Positions 30,185-37,911 of a stretch of 37,911 nucleotides of DNA are shown one piece after another. The stretch's first letter is position 1. Every line of letters starts with the position of its first letter. The stretch is from the UHGV virus genome UHGV-0078433. One strand, given 5' to 3'. Position numbers and translations under genes: made by a program. The DNA comes from a virus. The notes under the pieces were generated by a model. It saw nothing but the letters and a program-made list of their open reading frames with translations. It ran no database searches and was not told the origin of the DNA.

Positions 30185-30370
30185 TTATGCCGCTTGGCGG
30201 TAAGCACTTTCTTGATACTTCAGGGCGCCAGCTGTAACGATTTCCAATCGATAGGCGTCTTTCTCTGGGATAACTTCTTTCCACTGAGAGACTGCTGCAT
30301 CGCTAATGCCTAGTGCTTTAGCAACAGCACGCTGGGTTCCGAAGTGGTCAATAACATCTTTTTTGTACAT
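30185..30370 (-). CDS. cro: Cro repressor (P22-type)
   Basis: MYKKDVIDHFGTQRAVAKALGISDAAVSQWKE... as recalled for P22 Cro. Confidence 0.9.
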   Translation of the reverse strand: MYKKDVIDHFGTQRAVAKALGISDAAVSQWKEVIPEKDAYRLEIVTAGALKYQESAYRQAA

Positions 30371-30383
30371 AGACTCGCTCCGA

Positions 30384-30450
30384 AATTAAAGAACACTTAA
30401 ATTATCCACCAAAGGAATCTTAAGTCAAGTTTATTTAAGATGTCTTAACT
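30384..30450. promoter_or_regulatory. Right operator/PR-PRM region with P22-type palindromic operators
   Basis: AATTAAAGAACACTTAAATT (30384-30403) and ATTTAAGATGTCTTAACT (30433-30450) between divergent cro and c2. Confidence 0.6.
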
Positions 30451-31101
30451 ATGAATACACAACTGATGGGTGAGCGTATTCGCGCTCGCAGAAAAGAACT
30501 CAAGATTAGGCAGGCTGCCCTTGGCAAGATGGTTGGCGTGTCTAATGTTGCTATTTCCCAATGGGAGCGATCTGAAACTGAGCCCAATGGCGAAAACCTA
30601 TTGGCCTTAGCCAAGGCTTTGCAGTGCTCCCCTGATTACCTGTTGAAAGGAGAGGATAGTCTTTCAAACATTGCCTATCACAGCAGGCATGATCCAAGAG
30701 GTTCGTATCCTCTAATTAGTTGGGTAAGCGCAGGATGTTGGATGGAAGCTGTAGAGCCATATCATAGGCGTGCAATAGATAACTGGTACGACACAACGGT
30801 AGATTGTTCTGAAGACTCTTTTTGGCTCGACGTTAAAGGCGATTCAATGACTGCCCCGGCAGGACTGAGTATTCCTGAGGGGATGATTATTCTCGTCGAC
30901 CCAGAAGTCGAACCACGTAATGGAAAGCTGGTAGTCGCCAAACTTGAAGGAGAAAACGAGGCGACATTCAAAAAGTTAGTTATTGATGCCGGTAGAAAAT
31001 TCCTGAAACCACTCAATCCACAATACCCAATGATTGAAATCAATGGGAACTGTAAAATCATTGGCGTTGTCGTTGATGCCAAGCTAGCAAACCTTCCTTA
31101 A
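30451..31101 (+). CDS. c2: C2 repressor (LexA-like S24 family, P22-type)
   Basis: Near-identical to P22 C2 as recalled; intact GDSM and KK cleavage motifs. Confidence 0.95.
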   Translation: MNTQLMGERIRARRKELKIRQAALGKMVGVSNVAISQWERSETEPNGENLLALAKALQCSPDYLLKGEDSLSNIAYHSRHDPRGSYPLISWVSAGCWMEAVEPYHRRAIDNWYDTTVDCSEDSFWLDVKGDSMTAPAGLSIPEGMIILVDPEVEPRNGKLVVAKLEGENEATFKKLVIDAGRKFLKPLNPQYPMIEINGNCKIIGVVVDAKLANLP

Positions 31102-31125
31102 GGGGCTTTCGCCCCTTTTTTATTT
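31101..31125 (+). terminator. Rho-independent terminator after c2
   Basis: AGGGGC-TTTC-GCCCCT followed by TTTTTTATTT. Confidence 0.7.
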
Positions 31126-31159
31126 CCCGTTAAAAATCAAAGACAAACTAAATTCACGT

Positions 31160-31220
31160 CCATAAAATTAAGTTTTCTTCAAAAATGCACTTGACCAATA
31201 AATTAAGAAGTCTTAAATTT
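31160..31220 (+). promoter_or_regulatory. pL with left operators
   Basis: -35 TTGACC (31191-31196), -10 TAAATT (31214-31219), palindrome AATTAAGAAGTCTTAAATT overlapping. Confidence 0.5.
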
Positions 31221-31265
31221 AAGCCATCAGCAGGACGCTGGAAGCCAAACGGAACAGATTGGCAG

Positions 31266-31305
31266 GCTCTTTAACATCGACGGACTCTCAACCTAACCGT
31301 TGAGA
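31266..31305 (+). promoter_or_regulatory. nutL candidate: boxA GCTCTTTAACA plus boxB-like hairpin TCTCAAC-CTAACC-GTTGAGA
   Basis: Between pL and N-like gene; loop shares CUAACC with nutR candidate. Confidence 0.5.
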
Positions 31306-31415
31306 CCAGAACTTGAGTGGTTTTGGGGATGGCGCGAATTGCAGCTGCAAGACAGCGATCGAGAAGATAAGCACCTCGACGCGTCATGCGCCAAAGCCAC
31401 TTAAAGGAGACCATC

Positions 31416-31721
31416 ATGGTAACCATTGTCTGGAAAGAATCCAAAGGTACGGCAAAAAGCCGCTACAAAGCTCGCAGAGCAGAACTTATTGCCGAGCGAC
31501 GCAGTAATGAAGCACTGGCGCGAAAAATTGCGCTAAAGCTCTCTGGTTGCGTCAGAGCAGACAAAGCAGCATCACTAGGAAGCCTTTGCTGCAAGAAGAA
31601 AGAAGAAGTCGTTCGAAAAAATAGAAGTATTTATTACAAAGATTCAAACCCGTTAGGAAACAAAATACATGCAGTCCAAAAAATAAAATTGTACAGTAAA
31701 CTACCGTACGGTGCTTATTGA
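31416..31721 (+). CDS. N-type antiterminator (P22 gene 24-like) with arginine-rich motif
   Basis: ARM GTAKSRYKARRAELIAERR resembles the P22 N peptide GNAKTRRHERRRKLAIER (recall); start at MVTIVW with GGAG RBS rather than track start 31386. Confidence 0.7.
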   Translation: MVTIVWKESKGTAKSRYKARRAELIAERRSNEALARKIALKLSGCVRADKAASLGSLCCKKKEEVVRKNRSIYYKDSNPLGNKIHAVQKIKLYSKLPYGAY

Positions 31722-32062
31722 GTATGCTTATGGTGAAAAAGACTATTTATGTTAATCCTGACCGCGGACAAAACAGAAAAGTATCTGATAGAGGTCTTAC
31801 ATCTCGAGACAGGAGGAGAATAGCGAGATGGGAAAAAAGGATAGCATATGCATTAAAAAACGGTGTAACACCTGGATTTAATGCTATAGATGACGGTCCG
31901 GAATATAAGATTAATGAAGAACCAATGGACAAAGTTGACAAAGCATTAGCAACACCATTTCCTCGCGATGTAGAAAAAATTGAAGATGAAAAATATGAGG
32001 ATGTAATGCACAGAGTTGTTAATCACGCTCACCAACGAAATCCAAATAAAAAATGGTCATAG
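31718..32062 (+). CDS. Hypothetical AT-rich moron protein downstream of N
   Basis: ORF track; followed by its own terminator. Confidence 0.5.
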   Translation: MSMLMVKKTIYVNPDRGQNRKVSDRGLTSRDRRRIARWEKRIAYALKNGVTPGFNAIDDGPEYKINEEPMDKVDKALATPFPRDVEKIEDEKYEDVMHRVVNHAHQRNPNKKWS

Positions 32063-32085
32063 CCCACTTCGGTGGGTTTTTTATT
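32061..32085 (+). terminator. Rho-independent terminator
   Basis: CCCAC-TTCG-GTGGG followed by TTTTTTATT. Confidence 0.7.
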
Positions 32086-32091
32086 GTCTGA

Positions 32092-32193
32092 ACAAATCTA
32101 ATTTACTACCGCAAGCCACGCAGTGAAATGGGTGTGACTTGCTCAGGCCGCCAGAAGCAACGCGGAAAATCAATTCCAGCTTATTACGATTGA
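32092..32193 (+). pseudogene. Relic 3' end of a lambda-type N gene
   Basis: Frame reads IYYRKPRSEMGVTCSGRQKQRGKSIPAYYD, matching the lambda N C-terminus ...WYSKPGERGITCSGRQKIKGKSIPLI (recall); in-frame stop just upstream. Confidence 0.5.
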
Positions 32194-32200
32194 GGTGGTC

Positions 32201-32338
32201 ATGCTCAAGAAAGTCAAACGCCGACTTTACAAAGAAGGTAGATATTCATGCCAGTTGCCAAAATGCGACACAACAAAATGGAGTGTCGATGATTGGTGTA
32301 ACTGGATAGATAGATACGGAACTTGGTGGGATAAATAA
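32201..32338 (+). CDS. Small Cys-containing ORF (45 aa) with GAGGTGG RBS, below track cutoff
   Basis: Hand-translated MLKKVKRRLYKEGRYSCQLPKCDTTKWSVDDWCNWIDRYGTWWDK. Confidence 0.35.
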   Translation: MLKKVKRRLYKEGRYSCQLPKCDTTKWSVDDWCNWIDRYGTWWDK

Positions 32339-32394
32339 CAGGTAACTTAAGCATATTTACTTTCGCAGCAAACCACTTATTTGAGGACTGATAC

Positions 32395-32637
32395 ATGAGA
32401 GTAAAAACTATGGGCGCAAGCCCATTAAGCGGTCGTATTTTTCAAGGAACATTAAACACTGAAAAAGGAATGTGGGTAGGAAAGAAAGAAGATGTCACCG
32501 AACAGGCAGTTAAGGCAGTAGCCGAACACATGATGATAAAAGACCAGAAATATGCATACGAAACGAAGGATGGCAAATGGCTGATAATAAGCCATCAACT
32601 GGTTGATAAATTACCAGAAGAGTTTATTGCTGGTTAA
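32395..32637 (+). CDS. Hypothetical protein
   Basis: ORF track; GAGGA RBS 7 nt upstream. Confidence 0.55.
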   Translation: MRVKTMGASPLSGRIFQGTLNTEKGMWVGKKEDVTEQAVKAVAEHMMIKDQKYAYETKDGKWLIISHQLVDKLPEEFIAG

Positions 32638-32765
32638 ATTCACTTTGGAACAAACAACAGAATAAACACTGCACTGTGTATTCATTCCAACGAGTGAATA
32701 CACGGAGCAATGTCGCTCGTAACTAAACAGGAGCCGACTTGTTCTGATTATTGGAAATCTTCTTT

Positions 32766-32790
32766 GCCCTCCAGTGTGGGGGCTTTTTTA
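32766..32790 (+). terminator. Rho-independent terminator upstream of c3
   Basis: GCCCTC-CAGTGU-GGGGGC followed by TTTTTTATAT. Confidence 0.5.
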
Positions 32791-32855
32791 TATGCATACC
32801 AATAACGCTTCACTCGAGGCGTTTTCGTTATGCAATCAAACAGAAGGAGCATCCT

Positions 32856-33026
32856 ATGCAACAGTTCGCTATTGCAGGGGCGGCATCGGTTCGCCCTTTC
32901 AACCCGATTTTATCGGTACAGCATTCACGAAAAAATATTTTAACCGGAGCAGACTTTAAACAACCAAGAATGAAAAGTTTGCTCGAAAAGCTTTGGGATA
33001 TTTTGAAACAACAAGGCCGTCCATGA
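32856..33026 (+). CDS. c3: CIII-type protease inhibitor (c3)
   Basis: MQQFAIAG...KLWDILKQQGRP resembles lambda CIII MQYAIAG...LIDILNQPGVP; internal start chosen because the track's N-terminal extension contains a terminator. Confidence 0.7.
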   Translation: MQQFAIAGAASVRPFNPILSVQHSRKNILTGADFKQPRMKSLLEKLWDILKQQGRP

Positions 33027-33193
33027 GTTTTACGGATAACTGGTCAGACGAAGAATTCATTCGTCAGATGAAAGAATTAATCGGTAACGAAGGAGATATT
33101 CATGTCACTTGCAACCACGGTGAAGGAGAGCAAGTTACAGAGACGCATGTACACGCAGCAGGCGTTAATGTATCGCCAGAAGGGAGATCGTGA
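33023..33193 (+). CDS. Hypothetical 56-aa protein (kil position)
   Basis: Start overlaps c3 stop (ATGA); acidic; identity unknown. Confidence 0.45.
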   Translation: MSFTDNWSDEEFIRQMKELIGNEGDIHVTCNHGEGEQVTETHVHAAGVNVSPEGRS

Positions 33194-33280
33194 AGGTGTT
33201 CGCGTATTTTTGAATGCGGCAAAGACTGAAGTATTAAATCAGCGTTATTTCCTTGGGCCATGTCCATTCTGAGGTGAATT

Positions 33281-33988
33281 ATGGATTTGAACAAATTCGA
33301 TGAGCCATTCAGCCCTGAAGATATCGAATGGCGAATACAGCAAAGCGGTAAAACACGCGATGGAAAGGTGTGGGCTATGGTGCTGGCTTATGTCACGAAC
33401 AGGGCAATCATGAAACGCCTGGACGATGTTTGTGGCAAAGCAGGATGGCGCAATGAATACCGCGATATTCCTAACAACGGCGGCGTTGAATGCGGCATAT
33501 CAATCAGGATTGATTCCGAATGGGTAACCAAATGGGATGCCGCTGAAAACACGCAGGTAGAAGCCGTAAAAGGTGGTCGTTCCGGTGCAATGAAGCGCGC
33601 TGCCGTTCAGTGGGGAATCGGTCGGTATCTGTATAACCTTGAGGAAGGTTTCGCACAAACATCTCTCGATAAAAAGCAGGGATGGCACAGGGCAAAACTG
33701 AAAGATGGAACAGGATTTTACTGGCTCCCTCCATCGCTGCCTGGATGGGCAATCCCAGCATCAGATAACAAACCATCACCAGAAAATACCAACCAGAAAT
33801 CACCATCGGTTGACTGCGAACAAATCCTGAAAGACTTCAGCGATTATGCGTCAACAGAAACTGACAAGAAAAAACTCATCGAGCGTTATCAGCGTGACTG
33901 GCAATTAATGGCTGGCAACGAGGAGGCGCAGGCTAAATGCGTTCAGGTAATGAACATCAGAGTTAACGAACTAAAACAGGCGGCATAA
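33281..33988 (+). CDS. Single-strand annealing recombinase: Rad52/Sak-like N-domain with Erf-like C-terminal tail
   Basis: N-domain ...GGRSGAMKRAAVQWGIGRYLYNLEEGF; C-terminal ~60 aa resemble P22 Erf C-terminus (recall). Confidence 0.75.
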   Translation: MDLNKFDEPFSPEDIEWRIQQSGKTRDGKVWAMVLAYVTNRAIMKRLDDVCGKAGWRNEYRDIPNNGGVECGISIRIDSEWVTKWDAAENTQVEAVKGGRSGAMKRAAVQWGIGRYLYNLEEGFAQTSLDKKQGWHRAKLKDGTGFYWLPPSLPGWAIPASDNKPSPENTNQKSPSVDCEQILKDFSDYASTETDKKKLIERYQRDWQLMAGNEEAQAKCVQVMNIRVNELKQAA

Positions 33989-34495
33989 ATGGCAAGCAGA
34001 GGCGTAAATAAGGTGATTATCCTTGGTCGGGTAGGACAAGACCCGGAAGTTCGATACTCACCATCAGGAACAGCGTTCGCTAACCTGACAATAGCCACGT
34101 CAGAACAATGGCGAGATAAAAATACTGGCGAGCAAAAGGAATTGACTGAATGGCATCGTGTTGCTGTATCCGGGAAACTGGCTGAGGTCGTGGGGCAGTA
34201 TGTGAAAAAAGGTGATCAGATTTATTTCGAGGGAATGCTGAGAACCAGAAAGTGGAAAGACCAGTCAGGGCAAGACCGTTACACAACCGAGGTTCATGTC
34301 GGAATTAATGGCGTGATGCAAATGCTTGGCGGCATTGGCGACAGCAAACAACAAGCAGCCAGCAGGCAATCACAGAAGCCACAGCAGCAATCATCACCAG
34401 CACAACACAACGAACCTCCGATGGATTTTGACGACGATATACCCTTTGCACCAGTAACTCTCCCCTTCCCTCGTCACGCTATTCACGCAATTTAA
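33989..34495 (+). CDS. ssb: Single-stranded DNA-binding protein with 15-residue extension beyond the DDDIPF tip
   Basis: Canonical OB-fold N-terminus ([18 protein letters not shown]); ...[11 protein letters not shown] then [15 protein letters not shown] before stop. Confidence 0.9.
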   Translation: MASRGVNKVIILGRVGQDPEVRYSPSGTAFANLTIATSEQWRDKNTGEQKELTEWHRVAVSGKLAEVVGQYVKKGDQIYFEGMLRTRKWKDQSGQDRYTTEVHVGINGVMQMLGGIGDSKQQAASRQSQKPQQQSSPAQHNEPPMDFDDDIPFAPVTLPFPRHAIHAI

Positions 34496-34508
34496 TCAGG
34501 AGAAAATC

Positions 34509-34802
34509 ATGCCAGCGCCTCTGTATGGTGCGGACGACGCGCGCCGCTGTTCCGGCAATTCCGTATCGGAGGTGCTGGATAAATTCAGAAAAAACTACGA
34601 TCGAATAATGTCTCTACCGCAGGAAACGAAAGAGGAAAAGGAATTTCGCCACTGTATATGGCTTGCAGAGAAAGAAGAACGCGAGCGAATTTACCAGACA
34701 TCAATCCGACCATTCCGCAAAGCCACATATACCCACTTCCCTGAAATTGACCCGCGCCTGCGTAATTACCGCTCACGCTATGGCGCTATCAGTAATGACT
34801 GA
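34509..34802 (+). CDS. Hypothetical protein
   Basis: ORF track; AGGAG RBS. Confidence 0.55.
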   Translation: MPAPLYGADDARRCSGNSVSEVLDKFRKNYDRIMSLPQETKEEKEFRHCIWLAEKEERERIYQTSIRPFRKATYTHFPEIDPRLRNYRSRYGAISND

Positions 34803-34812
34803 GGAATTTACA

Positions 34813-34980
34813 ATGAGAGGACTTGCATACAATCCCGGCATTCTTCCGGCAGAAATGATTATTCGCCAACGCGTAAAGCCAATGCCATCGAGAGAGGAAT
34901 TGCTTAAGAGAAATTCTTTTCCGTCAGTAAATCAAAACAAATATCTGAATGCGATGTGGCGCAAAGGAGGCAAGCAGTGA
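34813..34980 (+). CDS. Hypothetical 55-aa protein
   Basis: Internal ATG of track ORF 34663-34980 with GAGGA RBS. Confidence 0.4.
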   Translation: MRGLAYNPGILPAEMIIRQRVKPMPSREELLKRNSFPSVNQNKYLNAMWRKGGKQ

Positions 34981-35276
34981 GTGTATATCTTATTGATAAA
35001 CGTCGACGTGGGCAACAAATACCACCTGTAGGAATTCCGAATCACACATGGTTTTGCGTACTTGATATCGATGGTATGGATGCGTTGGTTGACACTCGTC
35101 ATTACTGCGATACCGCAACAGCTACTCCGGAGAAAGCAAAGAAAATGGCTGCTCTGATAGAAAACTGGACTCCACCTGATGGTTGGTGCAATGGGAATGA
35201 TCGAGATTGGCATGAAAAAATGAAGGGCTATATCTGCGATTTCTTACGTAAATGCAACGGCTTCAGGGTGATGTGA
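34977..35276 (+). CDS. Hypothetical protein (GTG start 6 nt after AAAGGAGG)
   Basis: Track ORF 34956-35276; start refined by RBS spacing. Confidence 0.5.
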   Translation: MSVYLIDKRRRGQQIPPVGIPNHTWFCVLDIDGMDALVDTRHYCDTATATPEKAKKMAALIENWTPPDGWCNGNDRDWHEKMKGYICDFLRKCNGFRVM

Positions 35277-35277
35277 C

Positions 35278-35826
35278 ATGAACAAGATTGACTATCAGGC
35301 ACTGCGTGAAGCGGCAGAGCAGGCAATGCATGACGACTGGGGATTTGACGCAGACCTTTTCCATGAATTGGTAACACCATCGATTGTGCTGGAACTGCTG
35401 GATGAACGGGAAAGAAACCAGCAATACATCAAACGCCGCGACCAGGAGAACGAGGATATTGCGCTAACAGTAGGGAAACTGCGTGTTGAGCTTGAAACAG
35501 CAAAATCAAAACTCAACGAGCAGCGTGAGTATTACGAAGGTGTTATCTCGGATGGGAGTAAGCGTATTGCTAAACTGGAAAGCAACGAAGTCCGTGAAGA
35601 CGGAAACCAGTTTCTTGTTGTTCGCCATCCTGGGAAGACTCCTGTTATCAAGCACTGCACTGGTGACCTGGAAGAGTTTCTGCGGCAGTTAATCGAACAA
35701 GACCCGTTAGTAACTATCGACATCATTACGCATCGCTATTACGGGGTTGGAGGTCAATGGGTTCAGGATGCAGGTGAGTATCTGCATATGATGTCTGACG
35801 CTGGCATTCGCATCAAAGGAGAGTGA
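35278..35826 (+). CDS. Ea22-like protein
   Basis: 182 aa at the lambda ea22 position next to ea8.5; identity by recall and synteny. Confidence 0.6.
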   Translation: MNKIDYQALREAAEQAMHDDWGFDADLFHELVTPSIVLELLDERERNQQYIKRRDQENEDIALTVGKLRVELETAKSKLNEQREYYEGVISDGSKRIAKLESNEVREDGNQFLVVRHPGKTPVIKHCTGDLEEFLRQLIEQDPLVTIDIITHRYYGVGGQWVQDAGEYLHMMSDAGIRIKGE

Positions 35827-36017
35827 GATCGGTTTTGTAAAAGATAACGCTTGTGAAAATGCTGAATTTCGCGTCGTCTTCACAGCGATGCCAGAGTCTG
35901 TAGTGTCAGATGATGACCGTACTCAAACATCGGGTTGAGTATTATCTTACTGTTTCTTTACATAAACATTGCTGATACCGTTTAGCTGAAACGACATACA
36001 TTGCAAGGAGTTTATAA

Positions 36018-36299
36018 ATGAGTATCAATGAGTTAGAGTCTGAGCAAAAAGATTGGGCGTTATCAATGTTGTGCAGATCCGGTGTCTTGTCTCCATGCAG
36101 ACATCACGAAGGTGTTTATGTAGATGAAGGTATAGATATAGAGTCGGCATACAAATATTCCATGAAGGTTTATAAGTCTAATGAAGACAAATCCCCATTC
36201 TGCAATGTGCGAGAAATGACTGATACCGTGCAAAATTATTATCACGAGTACGGTGGAAACGATACTTGCCCTCTCTGTACAAAACATATAGATGATTAA
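36018..36299 (+). CDS. Ea8.5-like protein
   Basis: 93 aa, Cys/His-rich; resembles lambda Ea8.5 (recall); synteny. Confidence 0.7.
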   Translation: MSINELESEQKDWALSMLCRSGVLSPCRHHEGVYVDEGIDIESAYKYSMKVYKSNEDKSPFCNVREMTDTVQNYYHEYGGNDTCPLCTKHIDD

Positions 36300-36319
36300 A
36301 CCCAATATTACATAACAAT

Positions 36320-36348
36320 CCTCGCACTCGCGGGGATTTATTTTATCT
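36320..36348 (+). terminator. Rho-independent terminator after ea8.5
   Basis: CCUCGC-ACUC-GCGGGG (one G-U pair) followed by AUUUAUUUUAU. Confidence 0.5.
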
Positions 36349-36387
36349 GAACTCGCTACGGCGGGTTTTGTTTTATGGAGATGATAA

Positions 36388-36555
36388 ATGCACTTCCGAG
36401 TCACAGGAGAATGGAATGGAGAGCCATTCAACAGAGTTATCGAAGCGGAGAACATCAACGACTGCTACGACCACTGGATGATATGGGCGCAGATAGCACA
36501 TGCAGACGTAACCAATATTCGAATTGAAGAACTGAAAGAACACCAAACCGCCTGA
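36388..36555 (+). CDS. 55-aa ORF upstream of xis (lambda orf55 position)
   Basis: Hand-translated MHFRVTGEWNGEPFNRVIEAEN...; GGAG RBS 7 nt upstream; below track cutoff. Confidence 0.5.
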   Translation: MHFRVTGEWNGEPFNRVIEAENINDCYDHWMIWAQIAHADVTNIRIEELKEHQTA

Positions 36556-36570
36556 TGGCGGTTTTTTCTT
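36546..36570 (+). terminator. Rho-independent terminator
   Basis: AACCGCC-TGAT-GGCGGTT followed by TTTTCTT. Confidence 0.5.
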
Positions 36571-36594
36571 GCGTGTAATTGCGGAGACTTTGCG

Positions 36595-36813
36595 ATGTAC
36601 TTGACACTTCAGGAGTGGAACGCACGCCAGCGGCGCCCAAGAAGCCTTGAAACAGTTCGTCGATGGGTACGCGAATGCAGGATATTCCCTCCTCCGGTTA
36701 AGGATGGAAGAGAGTATCTGTTCCACGAATCAGCGGTAAAGGTTGACTTAAATCGACCAGTAACAGGTAGCCTTTTGAAGAGGATCAGAAATGGGAAGAA
36801 GGCGAAGTCATGA
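36595..36813 (+). CDS. xis: Excisionase Xis (lambda-type)
   Basis: MYLTLQEWNARQRRPRSLETVRRWVRECRIFPPP... as recalled for lambda Xis; 23-nt overlap with int. Confidence 0.95.
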   Translation: MYLTLQEWNARQRRPRSLETVRRWVRECRIFPPPVKDGREYLFHESAVKVDLNRPVTGSLLKRIRNGKKAKS

Positions 36814-37861
36814 GCGCCGGGATTTACCCCCTAACCTTTATATAAGAAACAATGGATATTACTGCTACAGGGACCCAAGGACGGGTAAAGAGTTTGGATT
36901 AGGCCGAGACAGGCGAATCGCAATCACTGAAGCTATACAGGCCAACATTGAGTTATTTTCAGGACACAAACACAAGCCTCTGACAGCGAGAATCAACAGT
37001 GATAATTCTGTTACGTTACATTCATGGCTTGATCGCTACGAAAAAATCCTCGCCGGCAGAGGAATCAAGCAGAAGACACTCATAAATTACATGAGCAAAA
37101 TTAAAGCAATAAGGAGGGGGCTGCCTGATGCTCCACTTGAAGACATCACCACAAAAGAAATTGCGGCAATGCTCAATGGATACATAGACGAGGGCAAGGC
37201 GGCATCAGCCAAGTTAATCAGATCAACACTGAGCGATGCATTCCGAGAGGCAATAGCTGAAGGCCATATAACAACAAACCCGGTCACTGCCACTCGCGCA
37301 GCAAAATCAGAGGTAAGGAGATCAAGACTTACGGCTGACGAATACCTGAAAATTTATCAAGCAGCAGAATCATCACCATGTTGGCTCAGACTTGCAATGG
37401 AACTGGCTGTTGTTACCGGGCAGCGAGTTGGGGATTTATGCGAAATGAAGTGGTCTGATATCGTAGATGGCTATCTTTATGTCGAGCAAAGCAAAACCGG
37501 CGTAAAGATTGCCATCCCAACAACATTGCGTGTTGATGCTCTTGGGATATCAATGAAGGAAACACTTGATAAATGCAAAGAGATTCTTGGCGGAGAAACC
37601 ATAATTGCATCTACACGTCGTGAACCGCTTTCATCCGGCACAGTATCAAGGTATTTTATGCGCGCACGAAAAGCATCAGGTCTTTCCTTCGAAGGGGATC
37701 CGCCTACCTTTCACGAGTTGCGCAGTTTGTCTGCAAGACTCTATGAGAAGCAGATAAGCGATAAGTTTGCTCAACATCTTCTCGGGCATAAGTCGGACAC
37801 CATGGCATCACAGTATCGTGATGACAGAGGCAGGGAGTGGGACAAAATTGAAATCAAATAA
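36791..37861 (+). CDS. int: Tyrosine integrase (lambda Int)
   Basis: Near-identical to lambda Int as recalled; C-terminal catalytic HxxR...Y region. Confidence 0.95.
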   Translation: MGRRRSHERRDLPPNLYIRNNGYYCYRDPRTGKEFGLGRDRRIAITEAIQANIELFSGHKHKPLTARINSDNSVTLHSWLDRYEKILAGRGIKQKTLINYMSKIKAIRRGLPDAPLEDITTKEIAAMLNGYIDEGKAASAKLIRSTLSDAFREAIAEGHITTNPVTATRAAKSEVRRSRLTADEYLKIYQAAESSPCWLRLAMELAVVTGQRVGDLCEMKWSDIVDGYLYVEQSKTGVKIAIPTTLRVDALGISMKETLDKCKEILGGETIIASTRREPLSSGTVSRYFMRARKASGLSFEGDPPTFHELRSLSARLYEKQISDKFAQHLLGHKSDTMASQYRDDRGREWDKIEIK

Positions 37862-37911
37862 TGATTTTATTTTGACTGATAGTGACCTGTTCGTTGCAAC
37901 AAATTGATAAG
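37862..37911. promoter_or_regulatory. Int-proximal att arm (lambda P' arm-type Int sites); core lies just beyond window end
   Basis: Reverse complement reads CTTATCAATTTGTTGCAACGAACAGGTCACTATCAGTCAAAATAAAATCATTA, matching the lambda attP P' arm as recalled. Confidence 0.65.

Larger units (their letters stand above)
1..37911. mobile_element. Mosaic lambdoid prophage (lambda-type int/xis/nin/lysis, P22-type immunity, P22/Sf6-type virion module); left cargo boundary and attR not located
   Basis: Continuous phage gene order from integrase (36791-37861) through tailspike (2872-5358); int-proximal att arm at window end; no att core found at the other end, so membership of 1-2871 is by contiguity only. 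Confidence 0.85.

Noticed and set aside
30762-31082. 106-aa antisense ORF inside c2
   Set aside because: c2 is unambiguous; no support for the antisense frame
32751-32855. Upstream extension of the c3 ORF in the track
   Set aside because: Contains a rho-independent terminator (32766-32790); CIII similarity starts at the internal Met
1-37911. CRISPR arrays, IS elements, rRNA or tRNA genes
   Set aside because: No spaced direct-repeat arrays, terminal inverted repeats with transposase, or tRNA cloverleaf signatures seen

Overview
This window is almost entirely one mosaic lambdoid prophage, lying inverted relative to the + strand. Reading right to left it runs: lambda-type int/xis and ea genes (window ends inside the int-proximal att arm), a Rad52-like annealase plus SSB, a P22-type immunity region (c3, N-like gene 24, c2, cro, c1 with recognisable operators and nut sites), O-like initiator with in-gene origin iterons and a DnaB-type helicase, a lambda-type nin region (NinB, Dam-like methylase, NinF, YbcO, RusA, NinH, Q), lambda S/R/Rz/Rz1 lysis genes, then a P22/Sf6-type virion module from terminase to tailspike, with an orphan Mnt repressor next to the tailspike. 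The most unusual part is the cargo left of the tailspike (1-2871): an AT-rich AsnB-family PP-loop enzyme lacking the N-terminal Cys nucleophile, and a separate unit with a perfect LexA box in front of an 82-aa ORF coupled to a UmuD'-like protein that starts at the UmuD cleavage site and has lost the Ser/Lys dyad, with no umuC following. Other notable points are a relic of a lambda-type N gene 3' end at a module junction, an SSB whose DDDIPF tip is buried under a 15-residue extension, and a GTGGCTACGG motif present three times. All protein identifications rest on reading the ORF track and recalling lambda, P22 and E. coli sequences; no searches or computations were run, so families are more reliable than exact names.
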